This document shows positions 9,242-18,713 of a DNA stretch of 44,366 nucleotides, piece after piece. The position numbers and the translations under genes were made by a program. Below the pieces are notes generated by a model. That model made no database searches, was not told where the DNA came from, and saw only the letters and a program-made list of their open reading frames with translations. Numbering within the stretch: position 1 is the stretch's first letter; the number at the start of each line of letters is the position of its first letter. The stretch is from an uncultured Nitrospirales bacterium (GTDB taxonomy: Bacteria > Hydrogenedentota > Hydrogenedentia > Hydrogenedentales > GCA-2746185): positions 1-44,366 of the forward strand of contig CAYNZS010000004.1 of assembly GCA_964401695.1 (NCBI GenBank), written 5' to 3'.

Positions 9242-9679
9242 CTATTCGTCGGCCAGGTCGTCGCTGCTGATGTCTGCGTCGTCGTCGCTGCCGCCAGGCG
9301 TCCCGTCGGCGCCGTAGGAAGTGATGGTGAAGTTGCGGCCCTCCGATTTGTAGTCGTAGGGGTTGCCCCACGGATCTACAGGAACGGTTTTGCTGTCGAG
9401 GAAATTGCGATTCTTCGAGTTCTCCACCAAGTCTTCAAGGCGTCCTGGGAACTCGTTGAACTGAATCTTGTAACCCATGACAGCGGTGTTGAGGTTCTTG
9501 ATCTGCGCCTGTGCCGTGGCGCGGTCGGCGTCACCCAACGCACCCAGCACGTTCACGCCTACAATCGTAGCGAGCCCCGCGATAATCGCGATCACGACCA
9601 TCAGTTCTACAAGCGTAAAGCCCGCCTCGCCCCTGTGGCTCTTCGGCCGTCCAGTCCAGTTCGGTCGTCTCGGTTCCAT
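9242..9679 (-). CDS. gspG: Type II secretion major pseudopilin G
   Basis: AG|FTLVELMVVIAII, PVDPWGNPYDY, SYGADGTPGGSDDDADI. ATG 9679 follows AAGGAGG. Confidence 0.93.
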   Translation of the reverse strand: MEPRRPNWTGRPKSHRGEAGFTLVELMVVIAIIAGLATIVGVNVLGALGDADRATAQAQIKNLNTAVMGYKIQFNEFPGRLEDLVENSKNRNFLDSKTVPVDPWGNPYDYKSEGRNFTITSYGADGTPGGSDDDADISSDDLADE

Positions 9680-9754
9680 GTCTCTTATCCTCCTTATGTT
9701 CTGGCGCACGCCCATTTGTCGAATAGCGGGGCGCGAAAGGGCCTCTACTCTCTA

Positions 9755-10978
9755 TTACCCAATGTTGGTGCTCATGTTCAGTATGGGCAGCAAGATGGCA
9801 AGCACAAGCAGGCCGACGAACAAGCCCATGATAACGATGATCACCGGCTCGAGGAGGCTTACCAGCGCGTCCAACGAGAGCCGCACATCCTCGTCGTAGA
9901 TTTCGGCGACCTTGATGAGCATTCCCTCGATTTCGCCACTTCGCTGGCCCAGCTCGACCATGTGTATCAACATGGGAGGAAAGACGCCACTTTCCTTCAT
10001 GGGGATCGCGAGATCCCGACCGCGCCGCACACCGGCCTTGATATCCTCCATCGCGTCTTCAAAGTGCTTGTTTTGCACGACCGTGTTGACGACTTCAAGC
10101 GCCTTCATCATCGTGAGGCCGCTTTCGAGCATGGTGCCCAGCGTGCGCGCGAAGCGGGCGCAGACCATCTTCACCTGAAGCGAGCCATACACGGGCACGG
10201 TCAGTTTGAATCGGTCCCAAGCCCTGCGTCCATCCGGCCGCGTTACCCAATACCTCCACACGAATAGTAGGAGCAAGACAGCGCCGGTGATCAGATACCA
10301 GTAGGCGCCGATAAAATCGGTCGTTGTGATAAGTATCTCGGTGAGCCGCGGCAATTTCTGTTCGCGCCGCTCAAACAGAGCCGTGATGCGGGGAACGATG
10401 ACGAGCATGAGAAAGCTGATAATGGCGACGGCAAACAGGCACATGAATGCGGGATAGGCCAATGTTGAGAGCACCTGGGCGCGCATTTTCGCGTCGTGCT
10501 CCATAATGTCGGCGAGCCGAAAGAGCACTCGCTCGAGAGCGCCGCTCGATTCTCCGGCGCGAACCATATTCACGTAGAGCGGGGCGAATACTTTCGGGTG
10601 CGCGGCGAGCGCGGCGGCCAGGCGGCTCCCTTCGCGCACCCGGTCGCGCACATCGAAGATGGCTTTTTGCAGTTTGGGGCGGGTGGTCTGCTCGATCAAC
10701 GCCGAAAGCGACTCGACCAGGGGCATCCCGGCGTTGAGCAATACGGCGAGCTGGCGGGTCATCAGCGCGATATCGCGCACCGTGACGCGGCTTAGGTCCA
10801 CCTCGCCCAATGTCACCGTGCCAGGCTTCGCCGTGCCGAAGGTCTCGTCGAGGCGCGTAGGGAAGAGTTTCTGCTCGCGCAGCTTTCGGCGGGCCGCCGC
10901 GGGCGAATCCGCGTCGATGACGCCTTTCATTTTCTTCCCGCCTTCGCGGGAAATCGCATGATATTCGAAAACCGCCAT
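9755..10978 (-). CDS. gspF: Type II secretion inner-membrane platform protein F
   Basis: TRQLAVLLNAGMPLVESL, YVNMVRAGESSGALE, LAYPAFM, LLEPVIIVIMG. Confidence 0.95.
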   Translation of the reverse strand: MAVFEYHAISREGGKKMKGVIDADSPAAARRKLREQKLFPTRLDETFGTAKPGTVTLGEVDLSRVTVRDIALMTRQLAVLLNAGMPLVESLSALIEQTTRPKLQKAIFDVRDRVREGSRLAAALAAHPKVFAPLYVNMVRAGESSGALERVLFRLADIMEHDAKMRAQVLSTLAYPAFMCLFAVAIISFLMLVIVPRITALFERREQKLPRLTEILITTTDFIGAYWYLITGAVLLLLFVWRYWVTRPDGRRAWDRFKLTVPVYGSLQVKMVCARFARTLGTMLESGLTMMKALEVVNTVVQNKHFEDAMEDIKAGVRRGRDLAIPMKESGVFPPMLIHMVELGQRSGEIEGMLIKVAEIYDEDVRLSLDALVSLLEPVIIVIMGLFVGLLVLAILLPILNMSTNIG

Positions 10979-11025
10979 GTGTTATGCCTCTCGGCTGCGC
11001 GAATGCCAATGGAGCCAGCGCGCGA

Positions 11026-12762
11026 TCAATCGAGTACCACCTCTTCGAGCATGTCGTCGCGGGTGACGCGAAGGACTTCCTCGACGGTGGAAACGCCATC
11101 GAACACTTTCAATGTGCCGTCTTGCCGGAGCGTGTGCATGCCGCCGCGGATGGCGGCGCGCTTGATCGCGTTGGAATCGCCGTTGCGCAAGGTCAAGTCT
11201 TGAATCTCAGGGTTCATGACCAGCAATTCGAATATGCCCAAGCGCCCATAGTATCCGCGCTGCTGGCAAGCCGGGCAACCCTCGCCATAGTAGACTTCCA
11301 TTGCGGCGAAATCGTTGATGTCCTGGACGCCCAGTTCACGCAGGCTCTCCGGCCCGGGGATGAGCGAGCGCTTGCACTTCTCGCAGATCCTCCGCACCAG
11401 GCGCTGCGCCAAGATGGCCAAGGTCGACGAAGTGACCAGGAAGGGCTCGATCCCCATATTGACCAGGCGGGTGACCGCGCCCGAACTGTCGTTGGTGTGC
11501 AGGGTGGAATACACGAGGTGGCCGGTCAACGAAGCGTGCACGGCCATCTCGGCCGTCTCGTGGTCGCGAATCTCGCCGACGAGGATAACGTCTGGATCCT
11601 GCCGCAATATGCTTCGCAACGCACTGGCGAAGGTGAGGCCGATTTTCGGTTTCACTTCGATCTGGCCAACGCCCGCCATCTGGTACTCGACAGGATCTTC
11701 GACGGTGATCACGTTGATATCGGGCGACAGCACCCGTTGCAGGGCGGCGTAGAGCGTGGTGGACTTGCCCGAGCCAGTTGGCCCGGTGACCAAGATGATT
11801 CCGTGCGAACTCTTGATGAGCCGGTCCATGGTCTCGTAGTCGCGTCGCGCCATTCCGAGCTGTTCGAGGCCGAGGAGAAAAGTGCCCTTCTCGAGAATGC
11901 GCATGACGACCCGCTCGCCGTGCTGGGTGGGAATGACCGAGACGCGGATGTCAATCTCTTTTCCGCCTAGAAGGATCTTGATGCGGCCGTCTTGCGGCAG
12001 GCGGTGTTCGGCGATGTTGAGGCGGGCCATGATCTTGATGCGCGAGACGACCGCGGCCTGCTGCGATTTGGGAACGTTGAATTTTTCGTAGAGCACACCG
12101 TCAATGCGGTAGCGGACGATCACGTCCTTCTCGAAGCACTCGACATGGATGTCGGAAGCGCGTTCCTTGATAGCCCCGGATATCATCAGGTTGATCAGCT
12201 TGATGATCGGCGCTTCGTTGGCAAGGTCGAGCAAGTCGCGGTCCACATCCTGGTCGTCGAAGGAGATTACATCGCCATCGTCTTCCATGGTGATAGTCTC
12301 GATCATTTCGGCGGCATTCTCGCCCGCTTGATCGAAATATCCGTCGATGACGCCCTGGATGTCGGCTTCCCGGCACAATACGGGCCAGACATTTCCGCCG
12401 AGCAGGAGGCGCAAGTCGTCGAGCGGAAGCAGATTGATGGGGTCGTGAATGGCGACTAGATAGCCGTCGCCATTCTGCTTGTAGGGCACCATCTGGTATT
12501 CGCGGATGAAACTGAGCGGGGCCTTGGTTGTCAGCGACGCATCGAGATCCGCGGAGATGTCTTTCTCGAAGGGGATATCGAACTGTTCGCTCAGCGCTTC
12601 GAGCAGGTGATCTTCCTCGATGTATCCCAAATCGAGCAGCACTTGCCCGATCCGCCTGGGGCGGAGTTTTTGAATTTCGAGGGCCTCTTCGATCTGCTCC
12701 TCATGCACACAGCCCATACTTAAGAAGATGCCGCACAGAAGCTGATCCTGTCCCACACTCAT
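11026..12762 (-). CDS. gspE: Type II secretion ATPase E with N-terminal MshEN-like domain
   Basis: Walker A GPTGSGKST, TVEDPVE, LRQDPDVILVGEIRD, TLHTND, and tetracysteine CEKC...CPAC. Confidence 0.96.
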   Translation of the reverse strand: MSVGQDQLLCGIFLSMGCVHEEQIEEALEIQKLRPRRIGQVLLDLGYIEEDHLLEALSEQFDIPFEKDISADLDASLTTKAPLSFIREYQMVPYKQNGDGYLVAIHDPINLLPLDDLRLLLGGNVWPVLCREADIQGVIDGYFDQAGENAAEMIETITMEDDGDVISFDDQDVDRDLLDLANEAPIIKLINLMISGAIKERASDIHVECFEKDVIVRYRIDGVLYEKFNVPKSQQAAVVSRIKIMARLNIAEHRLPQDGRIKILLGGKEIDIRVSVIPTQHGERVVMRILEKGTFLLGLEQLGMARRDYETMDRLIKSSHGIILVTGPTGSGKSTTLYAALQRVLSPDINVITVEDPVEYQMAGVGQIEVKPKIGLTFASALRSILRQDPDVILVGEIRDHETAEMAVHASLTGHLVYSTLHTNDSSGAVTRLVNMGIEPFLVTSSTLAILAQRLVRRICEKCKRSLIPGPESLRELGVQDINDFAAMEVYYGEGCPACQQRGYYGRLGIFELLVMNPEIQDLTLRNGDSNAIKRAAIRGGMHTLRQDGTLKVFDGVSTVEEVLRVTRDDMLEEVVLD

Positions 12763-12764
12763 AG

Positions 12765-14975
12765 CTAATTCCCGATACGGCTGCGGCCAAAGCCGCGCCG
12801 CACGCCCTTCGGATTGTTGAAGCGCTGTGTAGGATTGTAGACGTTCCGGACTTCGTGCTTGTTCTTGAGCTTCTTGAAGAACATTTCCTTCTCGAAGATA
12901 ACGTCGATGTTGCGGTCGTGGAACTCGTCGAGCCGGAATTCGGTGACCCGCTCGAGATCTTGCGCTTCCTTGATGATGTGAGGGGTCAGCAGGATCACCA
13001 GGTTCTGTTTGCTGCGCGCGTTGACCTTGTTGCGAAAGAGCCAGCCGAGCAGCGGAAGGTCGGACAGCCCAGGCGACCCGCCCACGGTGCGGTTCTTCCC
13101 TTCGCGGAGAAGCCCTCCAACAATTCCAGTGCTGCCGTCGGGGATAACAACGTTGTTTACGACTTCGGTGAGTTGAATGGTGGCCCCCCCCTGGTTGTCG
13201 TCATTGATCCCCACCGTGCTTTCCACCGGGTCCGACACTTCAATCTTAACTTCCATGGACACATAGTCGCCTTCGTTGATCTGGGGCGTCACGGTCATGA
13301 TGACACCGACCCGCTGCCGTTGAACGCGGCCCCGCGACTGAAAACCGGTGCGGTCGTCGGTGTCCATCAAGGACGAGAGAATGGGAATATCCTGTCCGAC
13401 GGTAATCTTGGATTCCTGGTTGTCGCGCGTTAAGAGATTCGGCTGCGAGAGCACCTCGACATCCGTCACCGTCTCTAGCGCCTTGAGGAGCAACGGCACG
13501 TTGGGAATGGTTTGTAGTCCAGTTCCGCCGCTGAGAGCCCCTTCCCCGACGATGCCTGGCACGGGGATCTGGGTTGTGCCATCGAGGATGCCAAAGGTCG
13601 TGCCCGGTCCCGCGAGCGCAAGAGGGCCGCCCAAGATGGCGTTCGTGAGGCTCGCCACGTTGTTGAGCCCGAACGCGTCGTTCCCTGTCAATCCCAGCAG
13701 TTCCACGCCCAGCTCGAAGCGGTCGGATATGGTCACCTCCATAATAATCGCCTCGACGTTGACCTGGCGGATGGGTACGTCGATATAGCCAATCAATAGC
13801 TCCAAACGCCGAAAATCTTGAGGGGTCGCGACGACGATCAGCGAGTTCGTGGCCTCGTATGAAGTGATCGAGATTTCTTTCTCGAAGGGCTGGACTTGCG
13901 CGCCCTGGGCGCCTCCGCCGGCAGGTCCTTCGCCCCCTTGCCGCGGGGCCAGGCCTGCCAAGCTCTCTAACACCTCGGCGACTTCTTCGGCGTCGGCGTT
14001 TCGCAACTCGACATATTGGATCGTGTTTTCTTCATAGGGCGTGGGCGTGTCGATTTGGTCTATCAGATCGCGAACCTGAACCATAAGCGGCTCGGAGGCC
14101 ACCACGATAAGCGCGTTCAGGCGTTCGTTGGGCACCATCCGCAGGACATCTTCGCGCGAGCCCACCTGGGTTGGGGCCGTGCGCCCCCCCGGTACAGCGA
14201 TCTGCCGCACACGCTGGGTTTGCGCGCGCGTCTGCACCGCGGACCGCGCTCCCGAGGCTGGGCCGCTGCTGCTGTCATCGGAAAGCACATCTTGCAGATA
14301 CTGTTGGATGGTTTCGGCGCGCTCGTACTGAAGCGTGAAAATATCCATGACCGCCTGGTTTCCGGGAACGTCGATGGCTTCGAGCAACACCAACATGTTC
14401 CGCATACCTTCGGACGTGTCGCGAATGATCAAAGTGTTGGTCGAATTCCAAACTTGAATATCGTTTACTTCAGAGGCGACCGACTTCAGCAATGTCGCGA
14501 CTTCGTCCGCAGCCGCGAACTCCACGTTGACAATGCGAATCAAATAGTTGTCAAAACCAATTCTGGGCTGTGTCGTGCCTTTCTCGATATCGAGCTTTTC
14601 TTGATTCTTGCCGATCGGCACGATCTTGACGAGGTTGCCGTCGAGTGTATCGACCAAAGAAAAACTGTTCGCCGCAAGAAGCGATTCGAGCACCTCGTAG
14701 GCCAAGTCCGGCGGCACCGGGTGGTGTGAAAAAATGGTTACTTTAGTCCCCAGATTTTGGCCGGGAGGCAACAGGAAGTTCTTGCCGATCTGCGCTCCGA
14801 GCGCCTCGACCACGTTCTGCAACTCGGCATCAACGAAGTTGAGCTCGATAGGCCCCGTCGGCCCCTGCGCATTTTGTGGGCGCCTGGGATCGGCTTGCTG
14901 CGCGGCCGCTGGCCAAGCCGCGGCGCCCGCCCAAAGTACCGCCAGCGCGAGGCGAAGAGGCATACTAGTCTTCAC
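12765..14975 (-). CDS. gspD: Type II secretion secretin D
   Basis: Signal peptide (AAA|QQ), N-domains, QVNVEAIIMEV, VLSQPNLLTRDNQES, PGLSDLPLLGWLF, LVILLTPHII. Confidence 0.95.
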   Translation of the reverse strand: MKTSMPLRLALAVLWAGAAAWPAAAQQADPRRPQNAQGPTGPIELNFVDAELQNVVEALGAQIGKNFLLPPGQNLGTKVTIFSHHPVPPDLAYEVLESLLAANSFSLVDTLDGNLVKIVPIGKNQEKLDIEKGTTQPRIGFDNYLIRIVNVEFAAADEVATLLKSVASEVNDIQVWNSTNTLIIRDTSEGMRNMLVLLEAIDVPGNQAVMDIFTLQYERAETIQQYLQDVLSDDSSSGPASGARSAVQTRAQTQRVRQIAVPGGRTAPTQVGSREDVLRMVPNERLNALIVVASEPLMVQVRDLIDQIDTPTPYEENTIQYVELRNADAEEVAEVLESLAGLAPRQGGEGPAGGGAQGAQVQPFEKEISITSYEATNSLIVVATPQDFRRLELLIGYIDVPIRQVNVEAIIMEVTISDRFELGVELLGLTGNDAFGLNNVASLTNAILGGPLALAGPGTTFGILDGTTQIPVPGIVGEGALSGGTGLQTIPNVPLLLKALETVTDVEVLSQPNLLTRDNQESKITVGQDIPILSSLMDTDDRTGFQSRGRVQRQRVGVIMTVTPQINEGDYVSMEVKIEVSDPVESTVGINDDNQGGATIQLTEVVNNVVIPDGSTGIVGGLLREGKNRTVGGSPGLSDLPLLGWLFRNKVNARSKQNLVILLTPHIIKEAQDLERVTEFRLDEFHDRNIDVIFEKEMFFKKLKNKHEVRNVYNPTQRFNNPKGVRRGFGRSRIGN

Positions 14976-15057
14976 GCGTTTTCCTTTCTAGGGCTCAAGC
15001 GCGGACTCCGATTGCGCCGCGCCAGGATGGGCGGGGCCGCGGCGCGCTTTCCATACG

Positions 15058-15984
15058 TCATTTCAGAGAGTAATTCAGGTACTGCTGTTTTCCGCCTCGG
15101 ATGATGCCTATGCGAAACGATCGGGCGCCGGCAAATCTGTTTAACACTTTGAGTATCGAATCGGTGCTGTCGACCGGCTGGTTGTTGATGGTGGTAAGAA
15201 TGTCGTTATCTTGCAGGCCAAGATCCTTTGCCAATCCGATTTGAGAAACGTTAGAGGAGGTCAGTCCGATCACCTTGCCGTTCGCGTCTTTATGTTCTTT
15301 TACATCGACCTTGGTCGCGATGTCCACGTACTCGTCGAGCAGCCGCTGGTGAATCTCTTTCTGATTCAGTTTGATTGTATTGGCGCGCAATTCGGCCAGC
15401 TTCGGCCGTGTGGCCCGGTCTGTCCGGGGCGCCGGGACGGCAGACGTATTGGCCGCTATCTCGTAGGGCTCAAGCATGGGGAGATGCTCGAGCTTGTTCT
15501 CCCGCTCGTTCCGCAAGATCACCTCGTGCGCGAGCACCTCGTCGAGATAGACCTTGTCGAGAACCTCGTTGCCAATGAAGTACGTCATCGTCAGTTGGCC
15601 GCGGTCCTTGTGTTGAACTATTGCGCTGGCAAAAGGGTCGCGTCGTCCCGCGAGCATCGTGCCTTTGAGCAATAGCGGGAGTTTCGTTATTTCTTCGGTC
15701 GGAGGAGGCACAACCACAGGTAGAGGAACATTGGCCGCGCTATCCTTCGCGGCAGCGCCAAATATGCCGCTGCGGATAATTTCGCTGTAGGCCCCCGGGG
15801 GGCCGGTCCGGGCAAACTCGAATTCGCTTTCAAAAACGCCGGGGAACGAGTCTTGCTTGGAGGGGCCACGTGTCGCCAGGACGAAGTTGTTGAACACAAA
15901 AAACCCTACCCATAGCAAACACAGGCCCGCCAGGGCGCCTTCGGCAAGCTTGAAGAGATGCCGATATAAGAGTCCGCGCACCAT
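15058..15984 (-). CDS. gspC: Type II secretion protein C (TM, HR domain, PDZ domain)
   Basis: N-terminal TM; LPLLLKGTM...AIV HR domain; PDZ-like LGLQDNDILTTINNQPV...IIRGGK. First gene of the gsp cluster. Confidence 0.85.
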   Translation of the reverse strand: MVRGLLYRHLFKLAEGALAGLCLLWVGFFVFNNFVLATRGPSKQDSFPGVFESEFEFARTGPPGAYSEIIRSGIFGAAAKDSAANVPLPVVVPPPTEEITKLPLLLKGTMLAGRRDPFASAIVQHKDRGQLTMTYFIGNEVLDKVYLDEVLAHEVILRNERENKLEHLPMLEPYEIAANTSAVPAPRTDRATRPKLAELRANTIKLNQKEIHQRLLDEYVDIATKVDVKEHKDANGKVIGLTSSNVSQIGLAKDLGLQDNDILTTINNQPVDSTDSILKVLNRFAGARSFRIGIIRGGKQQYLNYSLK

Positions 15985-16152
15985 GGATACTTAAACTCCT
16001 GCCCCGCTACGCTGCCGACGCATGGGCACTGTTAGGGGAATAAGGAAAACGAGAAAACACCGCCGCCCGCCTGGTCCGGCCCACCCCCAAAAGGGGCAAC
16101 TCGGGCCTTACCTGATCGTTAACGCAGCCGCGCAGCCTTAAGTTGACTCCGA

Positions 16153-16310
16153 CGCCTTTTTTCTTGCGTTTTGCGGCCAAAAGCCCTGTGTTTGCGGGCT
16201 TCCGTTTCTGGATGCCCGGCTTACTATAAACCGGCGGGGTGGGCGCATTAACCGCGGTTTCAGCGGTAATGCGCTGGTATGCGTTCAAGCCGAACGCAAG
16301 AAAAAAGGCG
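16153..16310. repeat. 158-bp intergenic element bounded by perfect 18-bp inverted repeats, with internal hairpins
   Basis: CGCCTTTTTTCTTGCGTT (16153-16170) is the exact reverse complement of AACGCAAGAAAAAAGGCG (16293-16310). Inner hairpins at 16181-16201, 16243-16274 and 16280-16298. Confidence 0.85.
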
Positions 16311-16347
16311 GAAGAGGAGCGGCGTCGGCCAGGCACGCTGACTAGCG

Positions 16348-18663
16348 CTAACGCTGCTTGCGAACCTCGCTGCGCACAAACGCCTTGTAATCGTCCAGTT
16401 TCACGTAGGGTTTGAGCTCGGCCTCGTCGGGTTCGACGCCTTTTTCTGTCAGAACGGACTTCGAGACCTGCTTCATGTGATGCTGGGATACGAAATCAGC
16501 GACTACGTATTGTTCGCCATCTTCAGAACTGGTCGTGATAGCGTGTTTTCCGCGTGTGCCTCCGAGCGGAATGAGAACGCCCGATTCCCCCTCGCGGAGA
16601 AACAAGATTGCTTCCTCGCCAACGGCGTAGGTGGGTGTCTCCGAGGCTCTCACGACGTAGTTTCCAACGCGGCCGTACGGAAGATCGATGTAGACTGTGC
16701 TCTGTTTGTTCAGCGAGCCCTTCAAGTTATCGTTGACGGTGATTCCCACGGTCGTGACGATGCCGCCATGATCGTCCCTGATTCGGCTTTCCACGCTGGC
16801 GACGGTACCCTCGACAATACTATCCGCAAGGCTAATTAGTTCGTTCTCCGAGACCGGGTAGATCGCGGCGTGAGCGCTAGGCCCGGCGAGGAATCCGAAG
16901 ATGGCAAGCGCTGCCAACGCGGCCGCTACGGCGGCGCGGCGGCGCTTTCTGGCAACCAGCGCGAGGGCGGTTAGTGCGCAGGCTGACAGAAGCGTGGCGA
17001 AGGATCCGTCCGTCAACAGCCACTCGGCGAACAGGGCCGCGAGACCGAAGACCTTGAGCAGGAGGGGCTTTTCGCGAAGCATTCGCGCCATGGCCGGACC
17101 GGCCTGATAGTATGCATCGACCACGACGACACCTGCCGCGGATTGAAGCAGTACGCGGTCGCGAAATCCGCGCAACAGATTTGGGCCGGCGGCTACGCCG
17201 AGTTCCTGCTCGATTACCAGCAGCGGGCATACCTCGCTCTTGTCTCCAAACATGGGGGTGTCGTTCGCGACCATTGACGCGAATGTTCGCCCAGAGACTG
17301 GGTCGACAACCTGGCCGCGAAGGGGATCCCACGCGAGCGCCGTGCCCGCCTCCCTGTTTTCCTCGCCGAAGAGCTCACCGTCCGCAAAGAAAGTTTCGGT
17401 CTGAACGATGGTGTCGTAGGGAATCGTCCACTGGGTGCCGTCGCCGAGTGGGGAGTGCATGGAATCGAAGCCGGCGGGCCCCTCGGTTCCGGAACCCAGT
17501 TGGTTAGTTGGGTTGATGGGAGCCAAGGTGAAGGTGTAGGTTGCCTGAAACGAAGCTCCATCGCCGAACCCGATGAACTCCCTCAAGAGCCCAGGCATGA
17601 CAAACTGTCCCCGGTTCGAGATCTCATGGCTCGGCGTATACAGTCCCGTCATCGTGGCCATGAATGGGACGCGCGGGGTCGAAGGATTATTATCGACATC
17701 GGCCCATGCCGTGACCAGACTTCCGAGCAAGGGGGTCGATGGAATCTGTGCGCGGGATTGAGTTCTGGCTTCGCCACGAATCGAAAAGAAGGCGCTTTGG
17801 TCGGTTCGGGGATACAAGAATGAGACGACGCCGATATCTGCCGGCGAAAGATCTTGGTATCCGCCAACGAAGTTGCCCGCGCCGTCGTCGGTTATAAAAA
17901 CGCTCGGGAACATGGTTGGGGTGACCCCGACACGCCGCAACGCGCCGGTTGCGTCGGGCTGCGCGTAGACCGCCGTCTCTACATTGGTGTTCAGCGTAGC
18001 GTCGAACGCGAGATTGCTCATGGGGTTGTGGCCGATGCCCATCCAGTGGCCGGCCTCATGCACGACGGTGCCTTTGAGGTCGGCTATCGGATTCGCGCCG
18101 CGGTGCGATGTCATCTCGATCACGATATCGGCTTCGAGAATCCGCGTGCCTTGCACTTCATATGTCATCGTGCCGTCTGGAGAAGTCTGGAATCCGTCTT
18201 CGAGAAAGAAGTTGACGAACGTTATCCCTAGTATGGGGAAGGCAATGCCTGAATTGACAGGATCCCCCGGTACTTGCGCTGCAATCAGGTTCAGGCCATC
18301 TTGCGTACCGAGCCCGGTGAAAATGCCGGCGGGATCGATGATGGGTGTCGTGTAACGCATCCCGATAAACGAGGTCGGCACGTCTTCCCACACCTCGAAC
18401 GAGTCCATGACGATGTCTTCTTCGACGGCGGTGAATCCGAAATCGCCTCGTTCGACCGTCACCGGGATTCCCTCGTCAGGACCGGTTACATCACCGTCGC
18501 CGTTGACATCCATGTCTTCGATGAACCATCGATAGACACGCATCTCCAAGTCGACAGCTGAAGTTCCGCCGAGGGGAAAGAACGCTAGCGTTTGCGGCGC
18601 CGTCCCCAGCAACGCGGCCAAAAGTAGATAGGTCACCAGTTTTCGCTTTAGGCTCGAATTCAC
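16348..18663 (-). CDS. Secreted metzincin (matrixin/M10-like) Zn protease with an internal CFI-box-CTERM-like anchor, a second signal peptide and an extra C-terminal domain
   Basis: Signal peptide (TLA|FF); EADIV; HEAGHWMGIGH at 18028-18060; Met-turn PTMFP; FRDRVLLQSAAGVVVVDAYY. GTG 18663 follows AAAGGGAG. Confidence 0.85.
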   Translation of the reverse strand: MNSSLKRKLVTYLLLAALLGTAPQTLAFFPLGGTSAVDLEMRVYRWFIEDMDVNGDGDVTGPDEGIPVTVERGDFGFTAVEEDIVMDSFEVWEDVPTSFIGMRYTTPIIDPAGIFTGLGTQDGLNLIAAQVPGDPVNSGIAFPILGITFVNFFLEDGFQTSPDGTMTYEVQGTRILEADIVIEMTSHRGANPIADLKGTVVHEAGHWMGIGHNPMSNLAFDATLNTNVETAVYAQPDATGALRRVGVTPTMFPSVFITDDGAGNFVGGYQDLSPADIGVVSFLYPRTDQSAFFSIRGEARTQSRAQIPSTPLLGSLVTAWADVDNNPSTPRVPFMATMTGLYTPSHEISNRGQFVMPGLLREFIGFGDGASFQATYTFTLAPINPTNQLGSGTEGPAGFDSMHSPLGDGTQWTIPYDTIVQTETFFADGELFGEENREAGTALAWDPLRGQVVDPVSGRTFASMVANDTPMFGDKSEVCPLLVIEQELGVAAGPNLLRGFRDRVLLQSAAGVVVVDAYYQAGPAMARMLREKPLLLKVFGLAALFAEWLLTDGSFATLLSACALTALALVARKRRRAAVAAALAALAIFGFLAGPSAHAAIYPVSENELISLADSIVEGTVASVESRIRDDHGGIVTTVGITVNDNLKGSLNKQSTVYIDLPYGRVGNYVVRASETPTYAVGEEAILFLREGESGVLIPLGGTRGKHAITTSSEDGEQYVVADFVSQHHMKQVSKSVLTEKGVEPDEAELKPYVKLDDYKAFVRSEVRKQR

Positions 18664-18713
18664 CTTTGCTCCCTTTCGTTTCAACGAGGGGCAATCATCC
18701 CTCGTACATTCGG

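Noticed and set aside
7008-12762. Type IV pilus rather than T2SS
   Set aside because: GspC, GspK and a GspG-type major pseudopilin are present in C-to-M order, and there is no PilT retraction ATPase.
16007-16336. 109-aa minus ORF upstream of gspC
   Set aside because: Runs through the inverted-repeat element, has atypical composition and shows no homology cues.
18684-18705. Hairpin ACGAGGG/CCCTCGT between the giant gene and the protease as a terminator
   Set aside because: No U-tract on the coding strand; at most an mRNA-stabilising or processing stem.
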